NCBI GenBank assembly: GCA_051251855.1
Contig: JBPOGI010000001.1
Span: 1,828,791-1,892,790, forward strand
Reading direction: 5' to 3'
Origin: Roseibacillus sp.
Lineage (GTDB): Bacteria; Verrucomicrobiota; Verrucomicrobiia; Verrucomicrobiales; Akkermansiaceae
Length of the DNA stretch: 64,000 bases
A program made the position numbers and the translations under genes. The notes under the pieces are model-generated. The model saw nothing but the letters and a program-made list of their open reading frames with translations, was not told the DNA's origin and made no database searches. This document shows positions 51,383 to 60,853 of the stretch, piece by piece (the first letter of the stretch is position 1; every line of letters begins with the position of its first letter).

Positions 51383-51683
51383 GGGGTCGATAGTGACCAG
51401 AAGCCCCCACCTGTCACAAGCTCAGAAGCACCATACAAGACACTCGAAGTCCGACATAAACCAACCGAGGTTCAACTTTAGAGTTACCAAAGGTCAAACC
51501 GCAGACAAATCGAGAACACCCCAACCCTCTAACCCGCAGCTTCCGACAACCGGATCCGAACCGGACTGGGCAAAAGCGCATCTCTACAGAGCTGCCAGTC
51601 GAGTATTGAACTTCAAGTGATTCCAGCTTGAAAAAAGAGCCAAGGAGGTTGACTTGCAGAGGGCAGATCGCTTTTTTCTAGGA

Positions 51684-52616
51684 GTGAAAAGACGAAATTG
51701 GCTCAAAATAGCAGGTCCGGTAGCCCTCATTAGCTCACCTCGGCTTAGCATGGCCAAAGAAAGCACGGGGAGATGGTCAGATGAAAGCCGAATCAAGTAT
51801 TCAGGCCTACTTCTCAGCTGGCTCGAGCACAACTTCGCCGAGCGTGCAAAGACACTCGAGCTCCACACAGGACAAGAGTGCAAGCTGGACTACGACTATC
51901 TCACCATTGGCGACGATCGTAAAAAAGAGAGACTGTTCGAAAAATTTAAGGAAGGCGGCCTTTCCGACCGGCAAGCAAACGAGCACATAGAAAGGTCTTT
52001 AGCAGAGTATGAGAAAGTCCGTCGGCAGCTAGAAGAACAGGAGAAAAAGGCAGCTGCAGAGTGGAAGCCGAAAACGACCTCTATCAAGCTTGAAAAAGGC
52101 GACATCTACGGAACAGGAATCGAGGCTGGGCGACTCACTGTCATTCTCGACAACAGCCGCAGCATGACACCTTACCTGGAGAAGCTCCGAACAGAAATTT
52201 CACGAGACTTCTCTCGGGCCTATTTCGTGGAAGTCAATGGTTGCCATCTCGACAGGAACGATGGAGTCCCCTGGTTCTATTCCGCCCCTGCACCAGGTAT
52301 CAACCCCTTTACTGCGGATCGCCATATCCCGAAAGTCCCTCAATTGGATGACTCCCCATACTCCGAATACATCGGGTGGACGCGAGAGCTCCCCTCCGCC
52401 ATCGATTGCATGATCGACCTAATGAAAGCCGATGTGATCTACTGGTTTTGCGACTTTGACGATGATGACAACGACGCCGTAGTGAAGGCCTTGGCGCGCA
52501 AGATTCTTGACCAAAAGATTCGCCTCTTTGTTCATACCGTTGACCGCCGACCACCCACTCTAATTTCCCTCCTTGCTGAAAAATCAGGTGGAGCCGTCAT
52601 TAAGAAGAGGATCTAA
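51684..52616 (+). CDS. Hypothetical Tat-exported protein with vWA-like C-terminus
   Basis: GTG start KRRNWLK...SMA, ILDNSRSM (DxSxS) and ADVIYWFCDF. Confidence 0.6.
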   Translation: MKRRNWLKIAGPVALISSPRLSMAKESTGRWSDESRIKYSGLLLSWLEHNFAERAKTLELHTGQECKLDYDYLTIGDDRKKERLFEKFKEGGLSDRQANEHIERSLAEYEKVRRQLEEQEKKAAAEWKPKTTSIKLEKGDIYGTGIEAGRLTVILDNSRSMTPYLEKLRTEISRDFSRAYFVEVNGCHLDRNDGVPWFYSAPAPGINPFTADRHIPKVPQLDDSPYSEYIGWTRELPSAIDCMIDLMKADVIYWFCDFDDDDNDAVVKALARKILDQKIRLFVHTVDRRPPTLISLLAEKSGGAVIKKRI

Positions 52617-52752
52617 CAGCCTATTTCTCAAGAGTGTCGACTTCAGTCGTCGAGAGGAGAGCCATCAAGTCGACAATCCCTGATGACTAGAGTCGAATGG
52701 CACTGTGATAGTCGAAGAATAGGAAACTTACAAAAGGAGTGGCCGCAGACTC

Positions 52753-52898
52753 GGGAGAGTGGCTTTCTAAGCCGCTGGGTTGGACTTCGCTCACAGGAGG
52801 ACGGACGAACCACCATAGGAACAGCGAGTTCGGGAACAAACAGGCCTACCCTCAACATTCTCCATTTTAAGTTGGCGGCTTGGAAAGACCACGCTCCC
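52753..52898. repeat. Inverted pair of REP-like elements (REPIN/BIME-like)
   Basis: GGGAGAGTGGCTTTCTAAGCCGC (52753-52775) and GCGGCTTGGAAAGACCACGCTCCC (52875-52898) are imperfect inverted copies about 100 nt apart. Confidence 0.6.
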
Positions 52899-52963
52899 GT
52901 TTCCTTGCCCCCGATACGACGAGGTGCCTTAGCACAGCGCCATCCCTCTAAAGTCGTCACTCC

Positions 52964-53281
52964 TCACTTCACGGCATTTTTAACAAAGTCCAAATACATA
53001 TCGCTTCCTGCAGCCGCTGGAAGAGCTAACACCTCTGGCACTTCGTAGGGATGCAGGTGCCTCAAACTCTCCTCCAGCTCCGGATACCTCTCCTCTGTCG
53101 TCTTCATCACGGCCAAGACCTCCCCCTCCTCACAAAGCTTTCCCTCCCAGCGATATATCGAAGTCACCTCTGACATCAAGTTCACGCAGGCCACCAACCC
53201 CTTCTCCACAAGCTCTCGCGCCACCATTCCTGCCGACTCCCGATCTCCAAAGGTCGTTAAGACAATCCACACATCGCTCAT
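52964..53281 (-). CDS. cutA: Divalent-cation tolerance protein CutA
   Basis: LVACVN, SIYRWEG, KT and HPYEVPE. Confidence 0.93.
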   Translation of the reverse strand: MSDVWIVLTTFGDRESAGMVARELVEKGLVACVNLMSEVTSIYRWEGKLCEEGEVLAVMKTTEERYPELEESLRHLHPYEVPEVLALPAAAGSDMYLDFVKNAVK

Positions 53282-53408
53282 AGCCTTCTCATACCAAATC
53301 ACCTCTCAAAAAGCGGTCCTGGTTTTTGAAGAATTCGGTAAAACAGCTCAACACAGTAAAGGAGCAATCAAGCTGCGGTTAAGGTTCGCGGTCAACATCC
53401 TCAACCAC

Positions 53409-53442
53409 AAAAAAGACCGGCAGGATTGCTCCAGCCGGTCTC
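53409..53442 (-). terminator. Rho-independent terminator after rpsD
   Basis: GACCGGC...GCCGGTC stem with an A6 on the + strand (U-tract on the - strand). Confidence 0.8.
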
Positions 53443-53466
53443 TCTAAAAATTGTTTCTCGCTTCGA

Positions 53467-54078
53467 TTAACGGGAGTAAAGCTCAACCACTCGCTGGACA
53501 TCGACGATAGGATCAATGTCGGCAGTCTCAGGAAGACGGGCAACCGTTCCTTCGAGTTTATCGCGCTCAATCGTCAACCAATCCTTCAAAGGAATGGACT
53601 GAGTGAGGTCAAGGCTACGCATTCCAAGCTGCTGGGAAGAAGGCTTTTCAGCAACTTTCACCACGTCACCAGGGCGCACTTGATAAGAAGGAACATCAAC
53701 ACGATGACCGTTCACGAAGATGTGACCGTGGTTCACCATTTGACGGGCCGCTTGACGGCTGTTTCCGAATCCAAGACGGAAGGTCACGTTGTCAAGACGA
53801 GACTCAAGCTGCTGGAGAATCAAATCACCAGTAATACCACGCTGAGCAGCCGCCTTCTCGTAATATGCACGGAACTGCTTCTCAAGGAGACCATACATGA
53901 ACTTGAGCTTTTGCTTTTCCCCCAAAGCAACCGAGTAATCGGACTTCTTCCGGCGTCCAGCGCGTGCGCCATGCTGACCAGGAGGGTAGTTGCGACGCTC
54001 AAGCGCCTTTGAAGGGCCAAACAGCGCCACTCCAAAGCGGCGGCTGATTCTTTCTTTAGGTCCAGTATAACGAGCCAT
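53467..54078 (-). CDS. rpsD: 30S ribosomal protein S4
   Basis: MARYTGP, PPGQHG, EKQKLK, LESRLDN, ARQMVNHGH and VVELYSR. Confidence 0.97.
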   Translation of the reverse strand: MARYTGPKERISRRFGVALFGPSKALERRNYPPGQHGARAGRRKKSDYSVALGEKQKLKFMYGLLEKQFRAYYEKAAAQRGITGDLILQQLESRLDNVTFRLGFGNSRQAARQMVNHGHIFVNGHRVDVPSYQVRPGDVVKVAEKPSSQQLGMRSLDLTQSIPLKDWLTIERDKLEGTVARLPETADIDPIVDVQRVVELYSR

Positions 54079-54099
54079 TTTCTATAAATTCTTTGGAGA

Positions 54100-54720
54100 T
54101 TAAACGCGACGGGCCTTCTTAGGACGGCAACCGTTGTGCGGGATAGGAGTCACGTCTTCGATAGCGGCGACGTCGATGCCGAGAGTTTGAATGGCACGAA
54201 CTGCAGATTCACGTCCAGCACCGGGGCCTTTGACGCGAACTTCAGCAGACTTGAGGCCGTGAGACATTGCTTGGCGACAAGCGTCTTGGGAGACAACCTG
54301 AGCAGCATAGGCAGTGCTCTTACGAGAGCCTTTGAAGCCCATCTTACCGGCACTTGACCAACCGATGGTGTTGCCCATCTCGTCGGTCACAGTAACAACG
54401 GTGTTGTTGAAAGTTGCTTTCACGTGAACGATACCTTTAGCAACGTTCTTGTTCTTCTTGGCTTTGTGGACTTTCAGCGCATCGGCTGGGTCCTCACCCA
54501 TGATTTCGGCAAAAATATCCTTTTTCGGAGCAGGCTTACTATCCTCACCCTCTTCGGCAGCCTTGGGGGCATCTTCTGCAGCAGCCGCAGGAGCAGCTGC
54601 ATCATCTCTTTTAGGAGCCTCATCGGCAACAGCAGGAGCTGCAGCTTCGGGAGCTTTTTCTTCCGCAGCAGCCGGAGCTACTTTCTCTTCCTCGGCGGGC
54701 TTGGTTTCTTCGTCAGACAT
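54100..54720 (-). CDS. rpsK: 30S ribosomal protein S11 with acidic N-terminal extension
   Basis: [29 protein letters not shown] and [12 protein letters not shown]. Confidence 0.96.
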   Translation of the reverse strand: MSDEETKPAEEEKVAPAAAEEKAPEAAAPAVADEAPKRDDAAAPAAAAEDAPKAAEEGEDSKPAPKKDIFAEIMGEDPADALKVHKAKKNKNVAKGIVHVKATFNNTVVTVTDEMGNTIGWSSAGKMGFKGSRKSTAYAAQVVSQDACRQAMSHGLKSAEVRVKGPGAGRESAVRAIQTLGIDVAAIEDVTPIPHNGCRPKKARRV

Positions 54721-54742
54721 CTCGCTAAATTATAAAAGGTTA

Positions 54743-55111
54743 TTACTTCTTGGCGCCCACTGTTCTCTTTTTGCCCTTACGGGTACGAGCGTTCGTCTTC
54801 GTGCGCTGACCGCGAACGGGCATGCCTCGACGATGGCGGAGACCTCGGTTACAGTTAATCGAAGAAAGACGCTTGAGAGCGGCCTGTTTCTCACGACGAA
54901 GGTCACCCTCAATGATGATCTGGTCGCCTTGGATTACTTGCGCAATCTTCACCAACTGATCCTCTGAGAGCTCTCCGGTACGCAAGTTGGGGTCAACCCC
55001 AGCTTGCTCGAGAATCTTCGAAGCTGTGTTCGGCCCAATGCCGTAAATATACGGAAGAGAAGCTTCGATCCGCTTCTCATTAGGAATTTCAATGCCAAAA
55101 ATGCGTGCCAT
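54743..55111 (-). CDS. rpsM: 30S ribosomal protein S13
   Basis: IYGIG, EGDLRRE and RGLRHRRGMPVRGQRTKTNARTRKG. Confidence 0.97.
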   Translation of the reverse strand: MARIFGIEIPNEKRIEASLPYIYGIGPNTASKILEQAGVDPNLRTGELSEDQLVKIAQVIQGDQIIIEGDLRREKQAALKRLSSINCNRGLRHRRGMPVRGQRTKTNARTRKGKKRTVGAKK

Positions 55112-55341
55112 ATCGTGTGGACTAAAAAACTCTCACGCGGCAGAGGCCGAGCGAGGGGCGAGGTGAATACCAGAGGACCAACCTGACGCAAGCGGGAAAT
55201 GTCTCTTTTTTGCGTATTCGCTCAGAAAACTCTCTTTTTGTTCCATTTCGATGGCCTTTACCTTCCCTCCCTCAAAAAAATGAGCATTTCCCAGCAAAAC
55301 CCTCGACACCGTTGGCTCTCTAATTCCATGTTAGTCGGACA

Positions 55342-56157
55342 ATGAAATTAGGCCTAATTGGATGCGGACGAATGGGAAGAGCTCTGGTGATTGGAGCGAT
55401 CGAGGCGGATAAGCTCACTGCAACCGATGTCGTCGCTTATGACATTGAGACCGCTGCCGTTGAAAACCTAGTCAAAGAGCACGGAGTTTCCAGCGCAGCC
55501 TCGCTCAGACAGGTAGTCGAGACCTGTGACACCATCCTTCTCTGCACCAAGCCGGGCGATGTTCCACAAGTTCTTCGCGAGATCGCGACCTACGGAACCG
55601 ATCCGAACCGCATCCTGCTCGTTTCGGTTGCTGCCGGTGTTACCATTTCCTCCATCGAAAATTTCATCTTTAATCACGCTCGCGTGATTCGCGCGATGCC
55701 CAATACCCCTGCCCTTGTTGGCAAAGGAGCCGCCGCTTTTACTCCGGGCACCAATGCCACTCAGGCAGACATTAACTTCGTATCTGGTCTCTTTGGCTCG
55801 GTGGGAAAAGTCGTGGAAGTTCCTGAGAAGCTCATGAACGCAGTCACTGGTCTTTCCGGCTCAGGACCTGGCTTTGTTTACATTATGATCGAAGCTCTCG
55901 CCGATGGCGGTGTCGCTAGCGGGTTGACCCGAGAAAAAGCTTTGGAGCTCGCGACCCAAACGGTCCTAGGCGCGGCAACGATGGTGATGGAAACAGGGCT
56001 CCACCCCGCGCTCCTTAAGGACATGGTTGCGTCCCCTGGAGGTACCACCATTGCAGGAATCGGAGCTCTCGAAGAACACGGATTTCGGAACTCGATCATT
56101 AAAGGTGTAGAAGCAGCAACCTCGCGCTCGATCGAACTCGGAAAGCCGAAATATTAG
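55342..56157 (+). CDS. proC: Pyrroline-5-carboxylate reductase
   Basis: IGCGRMG, RAMPNTP, TGLSGSGP and VASPGGTT. Confidence 0.95.
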   Translation: MKLGLIGCGRMGRALVIGAIEADKLTATDVVAYDIETAAVENLVKEHGVSSAASLRQVVETCDTILLCTKPGDVPQVLREIATYGTDPNRILLVSVAAGVTISSIENFIFNHARVIRAMPNTPALVGKGAAAFTPGTNATQADINFVSGLFGSVGKVVEVPEKLMNAVTGLSGSGPGFVYIMIEALADGGVASGLTREKALELATQTVLGAATMVMETGLHPALLKDMVASPGGTTIAGIGALEEHGFRNSIIKGVEAATSRSIELGKPKY

Positions 56158-56162
56158 TGAGC

Positions 56163-56428
56163 CTATCCCCATAGAGTCTCGAAAGAGACACCAATCCATT
56201 CGAGCCATCTGTTAAAGACAATTGATTGTCTGCAACTTACAAGAAAAGCGATTCATAGTCGCTGTTTTCGTTGCGAAAATGTCGCCTGCAACTACTTTAC
56301 CGACGTTGTTCGGCGGAAATCGTCGGGCACCTGAAGAGGGAGCGCAACTCTCGCTTTTGAAGAAATATTTCGGTTATTGGGTTTTCCGAAATCAGAGAGG
56401 TTCTCGATTCATTTCGAGGACCTCTTTG
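56163..56428 (+). ncRNA. Candidate structured RNA (tandem hairpin array); family not recognised
   Basis: 8-9 consecutive stem-loops, with G-U pairs and a GAAA tetraloop all favouring the + strand. Confidence 0.3.
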
Positions 56429-56485
56429 CATTTTAGGAGCTGTTAATTCTCGCCATACTCATCCCATCCAGCCTTCTGAATTTCC

Positions 56486-57481
56486 ATGCTTCACTCTTTT
56501 CAAATCTTACTTTTGGCCTTGTCCCCTCTCTGTGCTGAACCGTCAACCAACCCCTTAGAAAGGAATGTCACCAACGAATTCAAAAAAACTCCCCGAGAAC
56601 TACTTTCCATCGACAATGGAGCCATCAAGATCGGCATCGACCGCGCCAAAGGAGCTTCCATCACTTGGCTCTCATGGCGAGGCTATCCTAAAAATACCGT
56701 CAACGAGGCCGATCCCGGTCGCCTCATTCAACAATCCTATTACGCCGGTCGCTCGCTAGATCGTACCGAAGATGGCCAACACGAAGCCTGGAGTCCTTGG
56801 AACTGGAACCCCATCCAAGGCGGAGGAGTAGGCTCGTGGGCCAAGGTCACTCACTTTGATCGCCTCGATGGCAACACCCTCTTCGCTCAGACCACCCCCA
56901 AACTCTGGGACATGCCAGATGAAGACGCGGAAGCCACAATGAAGCAATGGACCTCCTTCGAACCTGACCTCACTCAAACAGTCGTAGTGAAGTGCCTTTT
57001 CGAATCCGACAGACAAGATGGAGACCGTTGGGGTCCGGCACGAAACAGTCATCAAGAAGTCCCCGCTCTCTACTTCACTCGCAATTTCGACCACTTCCAA
57101 AGCTACCTTGGCAACAACGAGTGGCGGGACGAGATTCAGATTCCGGGCCCGCCCTGGGGGAAAGCACACCCTCCCCGCCTAGCGATGGCATGCTTTGAAC
57201 CCAACGGCCAAGGGATCGCCATCTTCAGCCCCACTGCCGGGCCCACTTGGAACTTTGGACCTCATTCTGAGGGCCAATCCTCCAATCCTAAGGCAGGGCC
57301 TTGTGTTCACATCGCCCCTGTTTCGCTGGTCAAATTAGGTCCCCAGTCAAGTTACCACTATCGCTATTGGCTCACCACAGGCACCCGCGAGGAAATCACA
57401 AAACAACTGGACCTCCTCTGGGGAAAATACTCTCAGGAAAGAGGAGTTCTGAGCAACGCAACATCAGACGAGGAAAAATAG
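56486..57481 (+). CDS. Hypothetical secreted protein
   Basis: Signal peptide, Trp/Gly-rich beta-type sequence (DPGRLIQQSYY, WNPIQGG), and normal codon usage. Confidence 0.75.
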   Translation: MLHSFQILLLALSPLCAEPSTNPLERNVTNEFKKTPRELLSIDNGAIKIGIDRAKGASITWLSWRGYPKNTVNEADPGRLIQQSYYAGRSLDRTEDGQHEAWSPWNWNPIQGGGVGSWAKVTHFDRLDGNTLFAQTTPKLWDMPDEDAEATMKQWTSFEPDLTQTVVVKCLFESDRQDGDRWGPARNSHQEVPALYFTRNFDHFQSYLGNNEWRDEIQIPGPPWGKAHPPRLAMACFEPNGQGIAIFSPTAGPTWNFGPHSEGQSSNPKAGPCVHIAPVSLVKLGPQSSYHYRYWLTTGTREEITKQLDLLWGKYSQERGVLSNATSDEEK

Positions 57482-57484
57482 CGG

Positions 57485-58345
57485 TTAATCCTGCTCAGCG
57501 AGCGCCTCCATCATACGCAGAGCCTCTCGATTGGGCCGAACATCATGCACGCGGTGAACCTGCCCCCCATGCTCTCGCGTCCAGGCGGTCAATGCCACAG
57601 TTGCCCAATCGCGGGACTCCATTGCCGTTTCCTCCAAAAGCGTTCCAAGGAAACTTTTGCGCGATAGACCAATCATCACTGGACGACTTCCAATCCCCAG
57701 TTCGTTGGTAGCTCGTAGCAATTCCAAGTTATCTTCCAGTCTTTTGCCAAAGCCGATCCCAGGATCCCAACAAAGACGCTCGGGCTCGATACCCGCCTGA
57801 ACAAGGGTCTCCAACCTCTCCGCAAAGAAGCTCTGAATATCAGCTACCACATCTTCATATTGGGGAGCCGCCTGCATCGTCTTTGGCACCCCCTTCATGT
57901 GCATCACCACAATTCCACAGTCGCTTTTCGCGCAAACTTCAATCATCGCAGGATCGCGAAGTCCTGAAATATCATTCACAATCGCCGCGCCCGCCCTCAA
58001 AGCTACTCGCGCAACTTCCGCTTTGCAGGTATCCACTGAGATCGGAACTGATGTTTGGGAAGCCAGCTCTTCGATTACAGGAATGACCCGAGCAAGTTCA
58101 TCATCCAACGACACAGCATCGGACCCTGGCCGGGTGGATTCGCCCCCCACATCAATCATATCCGCGCCCTCTCTGATGAGTCGGTGAGCATGCTCGAGGG
58201 CAGCCTCTGTTTGCGACCACTTCCCTCCGTCAGAAAACGAGTCAGGCGTAACGTTTAGAATCCCCATCACCAGAGCTCCGTTCTGAAAATCGAATTCCTT
58301 GCCAGAGAACCTCCACTTCCCTTCTTTTTTCTGTTTTGACCTCAC
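57485..58345 (-). CDS. folP: Dihydropteroate synthase
   Basis: MGILNVTPDSFSDGG, DVGGESTRPG, DPGIGFGK, SRKSF and RVHDV. Confidence 0.95.
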   Translation of the reverse strand: MRSKQKKEGKWRFSGKEFDFQNGALVMGILNVTPDSFSDGGKWSQTEAALEHAHRLIREGADMIDVGGESTRPGSDAVSLDDELARVIPVIEELASQTSVPISVDTCKAEVARVALRAGAAIVNDISGLRDPAMIEVCAKSDCGIVVMHMKGVPKTMQAAPQYEDVVADIQSFFAERLETLVQAGIEPERLCWDPGIGFGKRLEDNLELLRATNELGIGSRPVMIGLSRKSFLGTLLEETAMESRDWATVALTAWTREHGGQVHRVHDVRPNREALRMMEALAEQD

Positions 58346-58371
58346 GCGCTCCTTTCTTTACCTTGTCCCCT

Positions 58372-59040
58372 ATGTCGAGACCATTACTTTTCGTCGCACT
58401 GATCTCATTGATTCAGCTTCTCTCTAGTTGCTGCTGCTGGGCCGTCGATAAAGAAGTTTGGGAAGCCATTCAGCACAACGTCCGTATCATGCGACATCGC
58501 GATGGCACTCACACTGAGTACCGTCGCTCAAATGACGAAAAGACACTCAGAAAGCGCCGATTCTCTGACTCAAAGGGAGGGCGCAACGCCATTCTCACCA
58601 CGACCATCTATCGTATGGATAAGCGCGGGAACCCTCTCTCTTGCAAAATTTTCGACGGTAAGGAAAACCTTCTCTACAAAGTCGCTTACGGATATCACCG
58701 CAAAACCGGACAACTGATTGCCGAGGATATGTACGATGCCCGCGTACCGCAGAAAGATCCCAAGACCGGTAAAGAAGCTCCCGTCCGTCGCATGTATTGG
58801 TTCTATGACGGTGCTGGCAATGTCACCCGTGCATTCTCCTACGTCTGGCGAAAAGGCGAGTATGCCGAACAGAAATACGCCAAATCTAAGGACATTGAAA
58901 CCAGCTTCCCGACCGATAACCCTTTCCGAAACGGGTCTAAGGCAGGAACGCCCGCCGCCCCCCAGAGTGATGAACCCTTCGACGAAAAGGAAGAGTTCGA
59001 CGTCCCTCCTCCACTTCCCCCGCTCCCCTTCGAACGCTAA
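58372..59040 (+). CDS. Hypothetical exported protein with YD-like beta-hairpin motifs
   Basis: Signal peptide, YRMDKRGN and FYDGAGN motifs, and a Pro-rich tail. Confidence 0.7.
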   Translation: MSRPLLFVALISLIQLLSSCCCWAVDKEVWEAIQHNVRIMRHRDGTHTEYRRSNDEKTLRKRRFSDSKGGRNAILTTTIYRMDKRGNPLSCKIFDGKENLLYKVAYGYHRKTGQLIAEDMYDARVPQKDPKTGKEAPVRRMYWFYDGAGNVTRAFSYVWRKGEYAEQKYAKSKDIETSFPTDNPFRNGSKAGTPAAPQSDEPFDEKEEFDVPPPLPPLPFER

Positions 59041-59209
59041 CCCCAACGAAGGCCGGCCCCCTTCAATCAGGACTCAAGCCTCTCCATCCCTCCACTACCG
59101 GAGGATTGCGCCCATCTCAGCCTTCATAGACCCCTCCCACACGAGAAGGAGGACCGGAGTCGTCCACCGCCAGTTCGGCTTCAGCACTCGGCATAGCCGC
59201 CCGCACAGC

Positions 59210-59240
59210 AAAAAGAGGCTCCGCGAACGGAGCCTCTTTT
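59210..59240. terminator. Bidirectional Rho-independent terminator
   Basis: AAAAAGAGGCTCCG-CGAA-CGGAGCCTCTTTT between convergent genes. Confidence 0.88.
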
Positions 59241-59288
59241 GGTGGCTTCAAGGTTTGATTCTTCTGTTAACGGCAACGAGCAAGAAAC

Positions 59289-60713
59289 CTAGTTTCCATA
59301 AGCTGACTCAACACGCTCCGCCACATCGCGGTAGCCGTAGTCCACTTCGTAAATCTGCTTGAAAGCACCAGTGGCCTTCTCCTTGTCGCCCTGTTTTTCG
59401 TAAATAAGGCCGACTTCGTAGAGCACTTCCTTCTTGGTCGCATCCATCTGCTTAAGTTCGGCATTGGCTTCCACAAATCGGCTCACCGCCATATCCGCCA
59501 TTCCCATCTTGTCGAAGGTGCGGCCCAACAAGACCAAAACCTTCGTCCGGATGTGCGGATTACGCGTCGCCTGCTGAAGGTGCTTAATGGCATCCTTATA
59601 TTGACCTGCATGGAAGAGAGCCTCTCCCAAAGAAAAACGTAACGCAGGGTCGGTGGGGTTTTCATCCACCCGAGCCATCCGCTCCTCGACTTGAGCCGCA
59701 CTCAGCGCGCTCTGAAATTCTTCCAACTCTTGGCGAGCCGCATCGTCGTCTGGATTGGCCTCTACCTGAGCCCGGAGAGTCTTAATTTTCTCATCAGCAG
59801 CCTTATCCTTCATCTTGCCGGCCTTGGCCTTCAAAGCGACGTCATTATTACTGATTTGGAATCCCCAATCGAAAAAGGAGTAGGCATTATCCCAGTCCTC
59901 AAGATTCTCATAGACCGCAGCCAGATCCCTCACCACTTGGATGTTGTTCTGGTCGGCAGCGTACTGGGCAGCGAGGTCATCTCGCTTGGCCTCCATCTGC
60001 TCCTTGGTCAGAGCCGTGCGAGACGCTTGCTCCAAGGCTAAAGTCTCATCAGAGTCCTTCTGCTTAAGCTCAAGCTCACCAGATTCATTTCGATTCGAAA
60101 GCATCGAGGCCCGTGCGGTGCAATCCTTAGCAGCCTTCACCGCATCGATGTCCGCAGGATTAGCCTTTACGATATCCTCATAAACCGCAGCAGCTTCCAG
60201 AGCTCTCTCTAATCCAAGATAGTAGTTCGCCAGCTTGTGCATTAGCTTCCCCTCCTCTGGCGTTACCTTTCGCACTGTCTCAAGAGCGAAAATCGCCGTC
60301 TCAGGCATGGCGAGCTTCACCGCGACGTCGTGAAGAGCATCGTTGAAAGAGGCATTGTAAGGTTCCTTTTCCAGTTCTTTCTCAACAGCTTGCAGCGCGG
60401 CATTGCCGTCTTTTTCAGCTTGTGCCAGATACTTTTTCGACACCGAAGCAGTTCCCGTTCCCACGCTCGTCCCAAAGAGACCGCGCTTCTTCTTCGGGCC
60501 ACCCGTCAACTTGTCTTCCGCCAATCGAAGAGCCTTCCGAGCATCTACAAAGCCCGGAGCCTCCTTTAAAATCGCCTGCAAAAGAGTAATGGCATATTTA
60601 TGGTTATCGATCTGAATCGAATCCTGAGCCTTCTTCCAATAGCCTTGAATAGCGGGGGCCAATTCGGCCACCCCAACTTCGCGAAACGCGTTCTCTTCCT
60701 GTGTTTCTTCCAT
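59289..60713 (-). CDS. Tetratricopeptide-repeat protein
   Basis: Helical TPR-like repeats (LRFSLGEALF, LLGRTF, LYEVGLIY...YRDVAERV). Start set at MEETQ. Confidence 0.8.
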   Translation of the reverse strand: MEETQEENAFREVGVAELAPAIQGYWKKAQDSIQIDNHKYAITLLQAILKEAPGFVDARKALRLAEDKLTGGPKKKRGLFGTSVGTGTASVSKKYLAQAEKDGNAALQAVEKELEKEPYNASFNDALHDVAVKLAMPETAIFALETVRKVTPEEGKLMHKLANYYLGLERALEAAAVYEDIVKANPADIDAVKAAKDCTARASMLSNRNESGELELKQKDSDETLALEQASRTALTKEQMEAKRDDLAAQYAADQNNIQVVRDLAAVYENLEDWDNAYSFFDWGFQISNNDVALKAKAGKMKDKAADEKIKTLRAQVEANPDDDAARQELEEFQSALSAAQVEERMARVDENPTDPALRFSLGEALFHAGQYKDAIKHLQQATRNPHIRTKVLVLLGRTFDKMGMADMAVSRFVEANAELKQMDATKKEVLYEVGLIYEKQGDKEKATGAFKQIYEVDYGYRDVAERVESAYGN

Positions 60714-60853
60714 GAATGTGATCTGTGTGCTCCCGTCATGATGACAAGTCCACCTCTCATGGCAAGAAAACGCTCCCGAAAATCTCACTAACAGGGCCTT
60801 CTTTAGACCTCGCCCTCTTTAGTTCCTTTACCAAAAAGTGGGGTCTTGGCCGC

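Noticed and set aside
59041..59209. Several short GC-rich hairpins as tRNA or ncRNA
   Set aside because: There is no cloverleaf or recognisable family, and the stems are short and imperfect.
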